A DNA stretch of 64,000 bases from the NCBI GenBank assembly GCA_965216965.1, contig CBDCGX010000052.1, positions 35,195-99,194 on the forward strand, written 5' to 3'. This document shows, in pieces, positions 9,675 to 20,317 of the stretch. Position 1 is the stretch's first letter; each line of letters begins with the position of its first letter. The position numbers and the translations under genes are program-made. The DNA comes from Spirochaetia bacterium (lineage in GTDB: Bacteria > Spirochaetota > Spirochaetia > WTKD01 > G963693115). The notes below the pieces were generated by a model. It made no database searches, was not told where the DNA came from, and worked only from the letters and a program-made list of their open reading frames with translations.

Positions 9675-11301
9675 ATGATTAATATGCTATCACACATTTA
9701 TATTATTCACTATCACTTCAAAAAAGGTGGTGTAACTGATGTTGTTTTTAGAGCTTTGTCTGCATTTGATAATGCCATCACAACATTTCCTCAGTTAAAA
9801 AAAATAACTTTTGTCTGTGGTTCACCTGAAAATATAGATATATTCCGCCATATGTCCCTACATCGTATCTCAATAAATTTTATCATTGATTCCTCCATTG
9901 GATACTCTGATATAACACATAAAAAACAACAATCTCATATACACGCCATTCTTAAAAAGATTACTCAAAAAAACTCTTTATGGTGGATCCATAATCATAA
10001 TTTAGGGAAAAATGCTCTTTTTACCAAAACACTTATGAAATATCTCCAATCAGAAAAACAATTTTGTTTTCTACACTTACATGATTTTCCCGAAAGTGCC
10101 CGCTATACTAATTTAGAAAAACTCAGAAACATTATGCTTCACTACGAAACCTACATGGGAGGAACCCATGCTCTTTTAGCAGTTATCAATAAAGAAGATA
10201 CTTTTATGCTAAAAAAAGCACACTACACGCCTGCATATATTCCAAATATCATTTCTTTTAATATACAAGCAAACAAAAACGGTAATTTTTCTAATACTGT
10301 AAAAAGAACCCTTTCAAAACAAGGGGAATATCGTTTACTTAAAAACAATTACACTCTTTTTACCTATCCTGTACGCTGCATTCGACGAAAAAAACATATT
10401 AGAAGCCGCTTTAATTAGTAAGATGTATTCTCATCATACCAATACTCCATGCATGCTGGCCATTACACTCCCTGGAACTTCTAACCAAGAACGTGCTTAT
10501 TCACAAATGGTTCAACAATTATTCGAAAAAAAGATTATTTCAGGTTTTTTTAATACGGCAGCACAAAGCACTTCTTTATCATTTGAGGATATATGTAAAG
10601 CAAGCGATATTATTATAAGCAGTTCTACTCAGGAAGGATTTGGTTTTACGTATATAGGAGCCGCATCGTGGAAAACACCTCTTCTCGCTCGTAACATTCC
10701 TGTAAAGAAAGACAACTTACAAGTATTAAAAGGATGGCCAATGCACTGGTATGAAAATATATACATACCCCTTTCTCTCTTTGAAAAACAAATGGTATAT
10801 ACAATAAAACAGTCTTATAAGGAGAAAATTAATGCACAGTCTCATTTATTGAGCTCTCAAATTATACATCATCTTTTAAACTCTGTAGACACTTTATTTA
10901 ATGGGGATGCTATTGATTTTTCATTTCTTTCTATTAATATGCAAATAATGATTATTGAAATGTGTAAACACTCTCCTACTACCCATGCCAATTCTGATGC
11001 ACTTTCTCGTATTACCCACGCCAATAAGAATCTTATGAACAAAATAGATATCTTGTTGCATCATCCAGACACACCAACAACCATACAAGACATACACAAC
11101 AATGTTGAAACATATCATAGCGAAAAAAGTTTTATACAATATTTTAAGAAAGCTCTAAACCGTCTTTATAAGAATAATATTCCTCTATCAAAACCCATAG
11201 CAAAAAAGTGTGCTAATTATGCCATCGCACGCTTTGCCCAACTTCCATATTTACGATTGTTATATGATCCATATATTGATGTTGGGCCTAAAAATAACTA
11301 A
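9675..11301 (+). pseudogene. GT-B (GT4-like) glycosyltransferase split into two ORFs by a +1 frameshift
   Basis: ORF 9675-10418 (HYHFKKGGVT, HNHNLGKN, HDFPE, YPVRCIRRK) joins ORF 10423-11301 (SSTQEGFGFTYI) when one A is removed from A7 at 10388-10394. Confidence 0.8.
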
Positions 11302-11318
11302 TTGTTTTTATTGCAAGT

Positions 11319-12491
11319 TTACTTGTATACTGTTATTGAATAATCTGCAGATGCTTTTCCTGCATAGAGTAAAATGATTTTATATTCTTCATCTTCTTGT
11401 GCATAAATTGGGATATCAACTGAATTTCCCTTTGTGAGCTTTTCTACATATAAAGAACTTCTGTTAGAATTAGCAAATATTACGTTTATATCTTCAGAAA
11501 AAGTTTCTGCAACAATAGTCCGCACCTCGCCCTTTGTAAGGGGAAGTGAATATTCTTTCATATATGTATCAAAAATCTTTGTATCTTGATTTGTAATTTT
11601 GTCGGTATAAGAAAATACCTTTTCATTATTACTTACTTGCACATCAAGGAAGAATTGCCCTGTCTTAGCCCCATTAAAAGAAGATGCCAAAATATAATAT
11701 GTATCATCACGTGGAATAAGTCCCGTTATCAAAGAGCTAGAACTTTCTCTAGAGTTTGTCCAATCATCAGACACAATTGATTTTCCATACCAATTAGAAA
11801 ATTCTAAGAACGTATCAAAATCACTTGAATTCATATATACATATATGCGTGTATCTGCTGTAAGTTTTATTGCATATTCTTTCATCACCCGTTCCATAAT
11901 TATTGAATCCATATTTAATTCTTCTTCAAGCAGGGAGGGGAGAGTCTCTATAGTTTGTGGTGGTGGTATTGTATATACTTCTAACGTATATGAATTGCTT
12001 CCATTCTTTTTCATTGAATTATTATGTGCGAGCGCAGTAATAATTGCTGTTGGTGCATCTCCTACGCGAGAAGTATTTTGTATGTGTTGGTTTTTCTGAT
12101 TTATATTATTTGCTCTTTGGGGAATACTAAACAACACTCCCGCATTTTCTCCAAGATAAAGATCTTTAAATACAAAACTATCTCCTACATCTATCCTTAT
12201 GATAGGATCAATTATATTCGATTTCATGAGTACACCATATCGCATACCGTAGGCTAAAGGGACCCTAAGTGTTATTCCCTTTTTTAGTTTTTTATCTCGT
12301 TCATAATAATCTTGTGTAATAATATCTTCTATATTAAACAACAACACTTGTTCTTTTATTGTAGATTCTGCTTGTTGTATCAAAGGTGTGCTTTTTTCTG
12401 TTTGCTGAGAAAATACTATAGGAATACTAATGCACGTATAGATAAAGATCACATATATTTTTTGTATAGTTCTTTTCATCGTTTTACTCAT
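11319..12491 (-). CDS. Exported hypothetical protein with PPC-like beta-sandwich repeats
   Basis: N-terminal signal-like segment; SSDFDTFLEF...SDD...SSLITGLIPRDDTYYILASSF...TGQFFLDV resembles the pre-peptidase C-terminal domain. Confidence 0.55.
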   Translation of the reverse strand: MSKTMKRTIQKIYVIFIYTCISIPIVFSQQTEKSTPLIQQAESTIKEQVLLFNIEDIITQDYYERDKKLKKGITLRVPLAYGMRYGVLMKSNIIDPIIRIDVGDSFVFKDLYLGENAGVLFSIPQRANNINQKNQHIQNTSRVGDAPTAIITALAHNNSMKKNGSNSYTLEVYTIPPPQTIETLPSLLEEELNMDSIIMERVMKEYAIKLTADTRIYVYMNSSDFDTFLEFSNWYGKSIVSDDWTNSRESSSSLITGLIPRDDTYYILASSFNGAKTGQFFLDVQVSNNEKVFSYTDKITNQDTKIFDTYMKEYSLPLTKGEVRTIVAETFSEDINVIFANSNRSSLYVEKLTKGNSVDIPIYAQEDEEYKIILLYAGKASADYSITVYK

Positions 12492-12518
12492 AATTACTCT
12501 ATCTATTATAGCTTATTG

Positions 12519-13607
12519 CTACTTACCTCCAAGCCCTATTAATACTTTTTTTATTGATTCAATCGGAACAGTTCTTAGAAAAGTAGTTTCTATATCTTTC
12601 TGAATAACAAATTCCACCTCTTTTTCTTTCCTTTTTTTATCATTTTGCATATAACAGCATAATCTATCAACAGAGATTCCATTATAATGAGATGGGCATT
12701 CTAAACTATCAAGAATGCTTATTATTCTTTCTGCATAGTTTATATTTGTATAGCCTAATTCTACTCCCAATAATAATGCTGTGCGTATACCAAGTGCTAC
12801 CGCTTCGCCATGGGTCCAGTATTTTTCATTTTTCTTGCTATGGTTTTTATATAAATAATTATTTGTTGCCTCAAGAGCATGGGCAAAAGTATGTCCTAAA
12901 TTTAGAATAGCTCGTTCCCCAGATTCCATAAAATCAGCGTGTACAATATCTACTTTTACAGCGATTGCATCTTGTATAATCTTTTCCCATACATTACTAT
13001 TATTTTCTGCATACGGGTTTTTAATATCAGAAATAGCCTGCTCAATAAACGCAACAAGATGTTTGTTCTTTAACATTCCCGCTTTAAGTGCCTCTATAAG
13101 CCCACACCGTAACTCATGCCACGAAAGCGTAGTTAAAAACTCTTCACAAATTATAATGGAGTTAGCAAGATAAAATGTCCCTACCATATTTTTAAGCCCA
13201 TTATAATTAGTGGCTGTTTTCCCCCCTATTGACGCATCTACCATAGATAACAATGTGGTGGGAATTAGCACGCATTGTATTCCTCTTAAATAGACCGATG
13301 CTACAAAGCTCACTACATCACAAAGGGCACCTCCTCCTATAGCGACAATACTACTGTCTCGAGCAAGAGTTTTTCTAAAACAAGCCTTAAGTATACTGTC
13401 AAATATAAATGAAGTTTTATTGACTTCTCCGCCCGGAACAATAAGATAATCATATCCTTTAAGATCTATTATTCCATTGTTAAAAACTGCCGCATCTACA
13501 ACTATAAAAGCAGATAAATCAATACATTCCATACATTCTTGTACACTCTGTCTCTGTGTTATAACACACGATTGTATACCTACCGTGAGAGTATGAAGTG
13601 TCTTCAT
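12519..13607 (-). CDS. aroB: 3-dehydroquinate synthase
   Basis: IGGGALCD, PTTLLSMVDASIGGKT, KNMVGTF, LNLGHTFAHALE, HGEAVA. Confidence 0.93.
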   Translation of the reverse strand: MKTLHTLTVGIQSCVITQRQSVQECMECIDLSAFIVVDAAVFNNGIIDLKGYDYLIVPGGEVNKTSFIFDSILKACFRKTLARDSSIVAIGGGALCDVVSFVASVYLRGIQCVLIPTTLLSMVDASIGGKTATNYNGLKNMVGTFYLANSIIICEEFLTTLSWHELRCGLIEALKAGMLKNKHLVAFIEQAISDIKNPYAENNSNVWEKIIQDAIAVKVDIVHADFMESGERAILNLGHTFAHALEATNNYLYKNHSKKNEKYWTHGEAVALGIRTALLLGVELGYTNINYAERIISILDSLECPSHYNGISVDRLCCYMQNDKKRKEKEVEFVIQKDIETTFLRTVPIESIKKVLIGLGGK

Positions 13608-13611
13608 TAAA

Positions 13612-15246
13612 TTACACCTGTTGTTGAGATACTGTAAACAGTTTTGTATCTCCTATACCTTTAATATTGGCATTACCTATAACAGAAATATTAAATATAC
13701 CTTGTACTACTTGAGCAATCTTCTCACTCACCACAATTGGCGGTCGTGGTGGACGTGCAATGTCACATAATCGCGATGCTATATTTACTGCAGAACCTAT
13801 GACAGTATATTCCAATCTCTCTTTGCTTCCTATATATCCTGCAACCACATTTCCATAATGAACTCCTATCCCATTATTTATTTCTTGGTATTTCCCTTCC
13901 TTTCCTATTTGTTCGTTCAGCATAGCTAATACTGCTCTCATTCCTAAAGCCGCCCTTACCGATTGTATACAAGAGTCTTTATCCCCAACCAAACCAAATA
14001 CCGCCATAATAGCGTCTCCAATAAATTTATCCACAAGTCCTCCTTCTTCTTGGATAACCATAACCATTTCAGAAAAATATCTATTGAGCATTGAAGTGAT
14101 TTCTTGTGGAGTCATAGTGGAAGATAGTCTTGTAAACCCTCTAATATCACACATGAGTATTGCAATGTTTCTTTCTTCTCCTTCCATGAGATCAGATTTT
14201 GTATTCATCTTATTAAATTCTCGTGTCATGCTTTTATCTGCAAAACGCCCATATGAGAGGCAAGAATATTGTCTGCCTTCTTCAGAACCTGTTGAACCCG
14301 CAACAACCCCAAACGAAAGACAACTATAACATTCTTCATTAATGTATTGTGCTATTTCTGGTGGATTTCCTAATTTCTGAAATACTTCTTGCATTTGTTT
14401 TTTCATCTTGTTAAGTTCTTGTATTACAGCATGAACACATGATGATATTTTCCCAAGCTCATCTAATCGCGTACTATCTATTTCTACATCAAGTTTTCCC
14501 TCTTTAAGAGCAGCAAGTGCTTTTATTATTATTCTCGCATTTTTGACAAAAGACAATCCAAACAATAATGTAATACTTAATCCTACAATTAAGAACACCA
14601 CTCCCATATACATTAATTCTTTGATAACAATGGTAGAAACCACTCCGTTATTAAGTGAAGCATGATAAACAACTAGCAGCATTGTTAATACTGAAATAGA
14701 AATAAATATTATCGTGCTTTCTAAAAACCGTCTTGTAAGACTTCCTAAAAACACTTTCCCATCTCTACTTTTAACAGGTAGTACTTCAAGCTTATGTTCA
14801 TATACTCCATATTCAAGCTGAGCTATAAGTCCGCCACCTATAATCCAATATTCTAATAGAGTTGAAAATATGTTATAAACAGAGAAATCATTTCTATACA
14901 AAGCATATTGTATTCCTATAGCAATTCCTCCTCCTAATATCCATGAAAATACAGATAATACATATGCTCTTCGTGCACTTGTTTTTTCTCCTTTACCAAG
15001 TAAAGGTAATAAAAAGAATAATTCTCTTATAAAGACTACTCCAATAATTGAAAATACCATATTGCGTAATTCTTCACTAAACGCAACATTCCCAATCCCT
15101 ATGATTTGACTATAAATAGTTAAGAACAACGCTGTAAGCACATTAATTGCATAAATAATAATTCTTGTGTTTCCACCTACTACTGTGCGAAAAAGCTTCT
15201 TATCGCTCCACATTATTTTATCTGACACAACTACATTTTGACCCAT
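13612..15246 (-). CDS. Membrane-bound class III adenylate cyclase (multi-TM, HAMP, catalytic domain)
   Basis: CDIRGFT, KFIGDAIMA (Lys specifies ATP), EYTVIGSAVNIASRL; HAMP-like DSTRLDELG. Confidence 0.9.
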   Translation of the reverse strand: MGQNVVVSDKIMWSDKKLFRTVVGGNTRIIIYAINVLTALFLTIYSQIIGIGNVAFSEELRNMVFSIIGVVFIRELFFLLPLLGKGEKTSARRAYVLSVFSWILGGGIAIGIQYALYRNDFSVYNIFSTLLEYWIIGGGLIAQLEYGVYEHKLEVLPVKSRDGKVFLGSLTRRFLESTIIFISISVLTMLLVVYHASLNNGVVSTIVIKELMYMGVVFLIVGLSITLLFGLSFVKNARIIIKALAALKEGKLDVEIDSTRLDELGKISSCVHAVIQELNKMKKQMQEVFQKLGNPPEIAQYINEECYSCLSFGVVAGSTGSEEGRQYSCLSYGRFADKSMTREFNKMNTKSDLMEGEERNIAILMCDIRGFTRLSSTMTPQEITSMLNRYFSEMVMVIQEEGGLVDKFIGDAIMAVFGLVGDKDSCIQSVRAALGMRAVLAMLNEQIGKEGKYQEINNGIGVHYGNVVAGYIGSKERLEYTVIGSAVNIASRLCDIARPPRPPIVVSEKIAQVVQGIFNISVIGNANIKGIGDTKLFTVSQQQV

Positions 15247-15247
15247 A

Positions 15248-16144
15248 TTATCCCCTCCCCTTCTCTAGTCTTTGAAATGCTGCTTGTATTTGTTGTTTAA
15301 TCCCATTAAATTTTTGTGCTACTTCGCCAATACATGCAGATATTTCTCCAAATTCATCTAATCGCGTGCTGTCTACTCTTACATCAAGATCACCTTCTTT
15401 AAGAGCAGTAAGCCCTTTTATTATTTTTTTCACATCTTTTATAAAAGAAAATCCAAATAATAATGAAATACCTAAACCTACAACTAAAAACGCTATCCCC
15501 ATATATACTAATTCTTTAATAACCGCTATAGGAATTACTCCATTGTTAAATAAATCATAGTGAATAACAACAAGCATCACCGTTGCTATGGGTATAAGAA
15601 TAAACAGCAGCGTACTTTCTAGGAATCGTCTTGCAAAGCTTTCCAAAAACATTCTTTCACTCGTGTCTTTAATGTGTAGCATATTAAGCTTGCGCTCATA
15701 GACCCCATATTCAAGCCGAGCTACAAAGCCACCACCTACAATACAATACCCTAAAAAAACTTTAAATACATTGTATGTAAGAAAATCATTTCCATAAAAA
15801 TAGTAATGCACTCCCACTGAAACTCCCCCTCCTAGAACCCATGAAAATATAGATATTATATATGCTCTTCGTGCACTTGTTTTACCCTTCTTACCAGAAG
15901 AGAAAAATAAAAACAATATTTCCCTTATAAGAATCATTCCAATAATTGAAAATATCATATTTCGTAATTCTTCATTAAATACAAAACCTTCAAATCCTGT
16001 TGTTCGACTATAAATGGTTAAAAATAATGCCGCCAATATATTAATTGCGTAAATGATAATTCTTGCTTTTCCACCCACTACTGTACAGAATTTTTTTTTG
16101 TTATTCCACATAGTTTTACCTGATAAAACTGTATTTTGATCCAT
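15248..16144 (-). CDS. Paralog of the cyclase TM+HAMP region lacking the catalytic domain
   Basis: Aligns end to end with the cyclase N-terminal half (TVVGG, TSARRAY, LEYGVYE, RRFLEST, STRLDE). Own SD (GGAG); stops 1 nt before the cyclase ATG. Confidence 0.85.
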   Translation of the reverse strand: MDQNTVLSGKTMWNNKKKFCTVVGGKARIIIYAINILAALFLTIYSRTTGFEGFVFNEELRNMIFSIIGMILIREILFLFFSSGKKGKTSARRAYIISIFSWVLGGGVSVGVHYYFYGNDFLTYNVFKVFLGYCIVGGGFVARLEYGVYERKLNMLHIKDTSERMFLESFARRFLESTLLFILIPIATVMLVVIHYDLFNNGVIPIAVIKELVYMGIAFLVVGLGISLLFGFSFIKDVKKIIKGLTALKEGDLDVRVDSTRLDEFGEISACIGEVAQKFNGIKQQIQAAFQRLEKGRG

Positions 16145-16233
16145 GTTGTCTCCTTAGTTCTTAGTTCTTATTAAAGCTAATACAATATAATAGTTTAAGT
16201 ATATCAAAATACTCTTTAAAAGATATTCTAATA

Positions 16234-17514
16234 TTACGGCGTAATTCTCATCCTATCTCGTGGAAACATTGACGCTAGCTTTACATTATCGCACCCAAGT
16301 ATTTTTTGAGTAAGTCGTTCAAGACCTATTGCCCATCCTCCATGAGGAGGACATCCATACTTAAATATAGAAAAATAGTCTTGCATCTTTTTAGAATCTA
16401 ATAGAAATCTTTTTGCATTCTCACACAACATTTTATAATCATGTATGCGCAAACCTCCTGTAGATATTTCCACACCACCAAAAATCAAGTCAAAGCCCTT
16501 GGTTTTTTGTCCATTAGGCATGGTATAAAATGGTCGCTTCCTACGTGGAAATTCTAATACAAAAACAGCTGGTACATTATAATTTTCTTCTGCCCACACA
16601 CACAGTTCTCTTTCTGCGTTAGGATCTATATCAAGTACTCGCACCTTACTTCTTTCTGATACTATTTTTTTTGCTTCATCATAAGATACGCGTGGTATTT
16701 TCTCTAGGGCATTGGGAAATGGTATCTGTGCTTTCCACAAAGCAATTTGTTCCTGACAATTACTATTAAGATGTTCGCTTGTTTCCTGTAAAAACTCTTG
16801 TTGGATATCCATAAGATCATGTTCATTTTCTATAAATGCCATTTCAATATCCAAAGAAACATATTCATTTATATGGCGATTTGTTTCGTGCTTTTCGGCT
16901 CTATATACATGGCCAACTTCAAACACCCTTTCTAGTCCCGACGCTATTCCTGCCTGTTTATAGAATTGAGGAGATTGTGCCAAATACACCTTAGTGTTAA
17001 AGTATGACACCTCAAAAAGCCCTGTTCCACCCTCTGTACCACTTCCTATAAGCTTACTTGTTTTTATTTCTGTAAAATCTCTCGCTCTAAGATAAGAGGA
17101 AAAACATCGTAATATTTCTGATTGTACCTCAAAAAGCGCTCTCATTTTTGGAATTCGTAATGAAAGCAATCGTTGTTCTAAAAGCGTTTCTATGCCAATA
17201 CTATTCATAGGTGCGTTTATAGAAAGCGGAAGGTCTTCTTGTGGTTCAGAAATGGTTTTTATAGTTTCTTTTTGGAGTTCTGCCCCGTAAGGAGCTTTCT
17301 CGCTTTTTACCACCATGCCAGATACTTCTATTATGCTTTCACCTTTAATTGCAATTTTTCCATTAGGAAATACTATTTGAGCAATGCCAGATCTATCTCT
17401 AAGTAAAACAAAAGAAACCCCGCCCAATTCCCTTATACGATGCACCCATCCACAAAGAGTAATAGATTGCCCCATATATTCTAAAATATTCTTAGCTAAA
17501 ATTCTTTTCTTCAT
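16234..17514 (-). CDS. aspS: Aspartyl-tRNA synthetase, short archaeal/non-discriminating type
   Basis: GWVHRIRELGG, GTEGG, YLAQSPQFYKQ, YRAEKH, GCPPHGG, FPRDRMRITP; 426 aa. Confidence 0.88.
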   Translation of the reverse strand: MKKRILAKNILEYMGQSITLCGWVHRIRELGGVSFVLLRDRSGIAQIVFPNGKIAIKGESIIEVSGMVVKSEKAPYGAELQKETIKTISEPQEDLPLSINAPMNSIGIETLLEQRLLSLRIPKMRALFEVQSEILRCFSSYLRARDFTEIKTSKLIGSGTEGGTGLFEVSYFNTKVYLAQSPQFYKQAGIASGLERVFEVGHVYRAEKHETNRHINEYVSLDIEMAFIENEHDLMDIQQEFLQETSEHLNSNCQEQIALWKAQIPFPNALEKIPRVSYDEAKKIVSERSKVRVLDIDPNAERELCVWAEENYNVPAVFVLEFPRRKRPFYTMPNGQKTKGFDLIFGGVEISTGGLRIHDYKMLCENAKRFLLDSKKMQDYFSIFKYGCPPHGGWAIGLERLTQKILGCDNVKLASMFPRDRMRITP

Positions 17515-17560
17515 ATCTGATTTATATTGTATAATATATGGTATATTTTCAATACAACAT

Positions 17561-19087
17561 ATGATATGTCTTTGTCTTACGAGTTCTTCTCTCTCAAAAA
17601 ATTATAAAACCATCTTACAATATAAAAAACATATAGACTGTGTAGAACTTCGCATTGATTTACTTTCTGCTTCTGAACAAAAGATCGACACTATTTGCAA
17701 ATGGGTTTCATCTCACATTACAATTCCTATTATTGCAACTATAAGAAAACCATACGATGGAGGAGCATGGTCTCAAAGCGAAGCAATCCGACAAAAACTC
17801 CTTAGTGATATTATTACAAGCTCCTTGTTTTCTTATGTAGATGTTGAAGGAAATCTTCCCTCGTTAATAAAAAAATTATACTCTCTCTCAACAAAGGGAA
17901 GCTCTCCCCCAAAAACAAAGATCATAATATCCCGCCATTGGTTCACTCCCATAAAAAACACCACATGGCTACAAACTGTACATAAGTATGCAAAACTATA
18001 CCCACATGCCATTATTAAAATTGCCTTAATGTGCAAAAGTACAACTCATATGTGTAATGCTTTAGAAGCATGTAATTCTTTATTAAAAGAAAAAAAAATC
18101 CATCCACACATAAAAACTCGTTTTGTCTTTGTGGCAATGGGAGAATATGGTAGACCACTTCGAATACTCGCAAAAAGAACTGGAACATTATGGACATATG
18201 CGTCAGATGAGCAAAGCCCTTTACTCGCCTTGGGTCATTTTGATCCTAAAACACTACATATTCTTTACAGATATAAAGAAATAACACAGAAAACACTTAT
18301 CTTTGCTATTGTAGGAAACCCCGTATCTCATTCTCAATCTCCACTATTTCACAATAAAGAGTTTATTAAAAAAAAGCAGAATGCTATATATATTCCCTTG
18401 CCTATTGATAAGTGTTCTGAACTACTACGAGCAATACGCCTACTCTCATTGCGTGGAATATCAGTCACCATCCCACACAAAAAATCTGTTATTCCATTTC
18501 TTCATTGGAAAGATAAAAATGTGCTTACATGTGCATCATGTAACACCATTATACACTACCGTAAAAAACTCTATGGATATAATACTGATATAAAAGGATT
18601 TCTAACTCCTCTTAAAAAACGAATACAAAAAAATAGGCTAAAAGGAATAAAATGTACTATTATTGGATGTGGTGGTACTGCACAAGCGATTTCTCATGCT
18701 CTATTACAAGAAGGAATACACTTACTCATTACAAATAGGACTCTTGCTAAAGCAGAAAAATTAGTAGCTACCTTAAAACTTCTTTATAAAGACAGAAAAA
18801 TTTCTTCTGCTTCATTATATGATTACAGTGCTATACAAAAATATGATACTATTCTCATACAAACAAGTAGCGTAGGCATGAACAATGCCACCTCTTCTCC
18901 CCTTCCCTCTTATCCATTTTGTGGGAAAGAGCTTGTATATGATGTTATATATACTCCACCTATTACAAGATTTCTAAGCGATGCACAAAACGCGGGGTGC
19001 ACAATAATATCTGGAAAAGAAATGTTTAAAGAGCAAGCAAAATATCAATCCCAACTATTTTTCCAAAGCATTCACAAAACCAATTAG
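17561..19087 (+). CDS. aroDE: Bifunctional type I 3-dehydroquinate dehydratase / shikimate dehydrogenase
   Basis: ELRIDLL, IIATIR, IKIA, AMGEYG followed by GNPVSHSQSP, SVTIPHK, GYNTD, DVIYTP. Start moved to ATG 17561 to avoid overlap with aspS. Confidence 0.85.
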   Translation: MICLCLTSSSLSKNYKTILQYKKHIDCVELRIDLLSASEQKIDTICKWVSSHITIPIIATIRKPYDGGAWSQSEAIRQKLLSDIITSSLFSYVDVEGNLPSLIKKLYSLSTKGSSPPKTKIIISRHWFTPIKNTTWLQTVHKYAKLYPHAIIKIALMCKSTTHMCNALEACNSLLKEKKIHPHIKTRFVFVAMGEYGRPLRILAKRTGTLWTYASDEQSPLLALGHFDPKTLHILYRYKEITQKTLIFAIVGNPVSHSQSPLFHNKEFIKKKQNAIYIPLPIDKCSELLRAIRLLSLRGISVTIPHKKSVIPFLHWKDKNVLTCASCNTIIHYRKKLYGYNTDIKGFLTPLKKRIQKNRLKGIKCTIIGCGGTAQAISHALLQEGIHLLITNRTLAKAEKLVATLKLLYKDRKISSASLYDYSAIQKYDTILIQTSSVGMNNATSSPLPSYPFCGKELVYDVIYTPPITRFLSDAQNAGCTIISGKEMFKEQAKYQSQLFFQSIHKTN

Positions 19088-19094
19088 CAATATA

Positions 19095-20192
19095 TTAACT
19101 TTTCTCTTTAAGTATAGAAAGTATCTCGTCTCCCATAGCTTCTGTTCCAATTTCTGTACATCCGCGTGACATAATATCTTTTGTCCGAAATCCTTTCTTA
19201 AGCACCATATCTACCGATGTAAAAATATCTTTATATGCTTCAGGAAGATTAAAACTATACTTTAACATCATGGCAACAGAAAGTATTTGTGCTATGGGAT
19301 TTGCTATTCCTTTTCCCGCTATATCTGGTGCAGATCCTCCCGCAGGTTCATACAAACCAAAACGAGGGCTATTGTCTGTAGTATGTTCTGCTTCTCCAAT
19401 ACTTGCACTGGGTAACATTCCGAGTGATCCTGTAATAATAGACGCCTCATCCGAAAGTATATCCCCAAACATATTAGGGCACAACAATACATCAAACAGA
19501 CTTGGATTAGCAACAAGTTGCATGGCAGCGTTATCCACATACATTTGAGAGAATTCTATGTCAGGGTATTCTTTTGCAATATTTCCTACTATTCTCCTCC
19601 AAAACACCATTGAATTAAGAACATTTGCCTTATCTACAGACAATACTTTCTTTGTCCGACTCCGCGCTATAGTAAAAGCAAATCTTGCGATCCGCTCTAC
19701 CTCATGCGTATGATATATTAGCGTGTCAAGTGCTTTGTTTTCTTCTAAGAGTTTTGGTTGTCCAAAATATATTCCTCCAGTAAGCTCACGAACAATAAGT
19801 ATGTCAAAAGAGCTAGGAATCAAGTCTCGTTTTAAAGGAGACGCATCTTTTAACGAATCAAAAATAATAGCAGGGCGTAAATTAGCAAAAAGATTGAAAT
19901 GCTTCCGCAAAGGTAAAAGTGCAGCCCGTTCAGGTTGTTTCTCAGCAGGAAGACTATCCCATTTAGGACCTCCCACAGAACCAAAAAGGAGTGCATCGGC
20001 ATTTTGACAGGCATGCAATGTTTTTTGAGGAAGTGCATCTCCTACTGCGTCTAGTGCAGCACCTCCCACCAGATAAGTCTCTGTTTCTATTGAGAGATTA
20101 TATCTTTTTGTAACATAATCAAGCACACGGATTGCCTCTTTCATGACCTCAGGTCCTATCCCATCTCCGGGCAATATTACTATATTATACAT
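19095..20192 (-). CDS. leuB: 3-isopropylmalate dehydrogenase
   Basis: [55 protein letters not shown]. Confidence 0.96.
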   Translation of the reverse strand: MYNIVILPGDGIGPEVMKEAIRVLDYVTKRYNLSIETETYLVGGAALDAVGDALPQKTLHACQNADALLFGSVGGPKWDSLPAEKQPERAALLPLRKHFNLFANLRPAIIFDSLKDASPLKRDLIPSSFDILIVRELTGGIYFGQPKLLEENKALDTLIYHTHEVERIARFAFTIARSRTKKVLSVDKANVLNSMVFWRRIVGNIAKEYPDIEFSQMYVDNAAMQLVANPSLFDVLLCPNMFGDILSDEASIITGSLGMLPSASIGEAEHTTDNSPRFGLYEPAGGSAPDIAGKGIANPIAQILSVAMMLKYSFNLPEAYKDIFTSVDMVLKKGFRTKDIMSRGCTEIGTEAMGDEILSILKEKS

Positions 20193-20317
20193 ACCATAAT
20201 GATATATTTATACAGAAAAAAAGTATACACCAAAATAGTAATGTTATATATCTATAGTTCTTACTAATTAAGATAATAAATATAACTATCTTAAAAAATA
20301 AAAAGGAGAACCTCAGT

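Noticed and set aside
17384-17560. N-terminal extension of the aroDE ORF
   Set aside because: Overlaps aspS on the opposite strand; the domain begins at ATG 17561.
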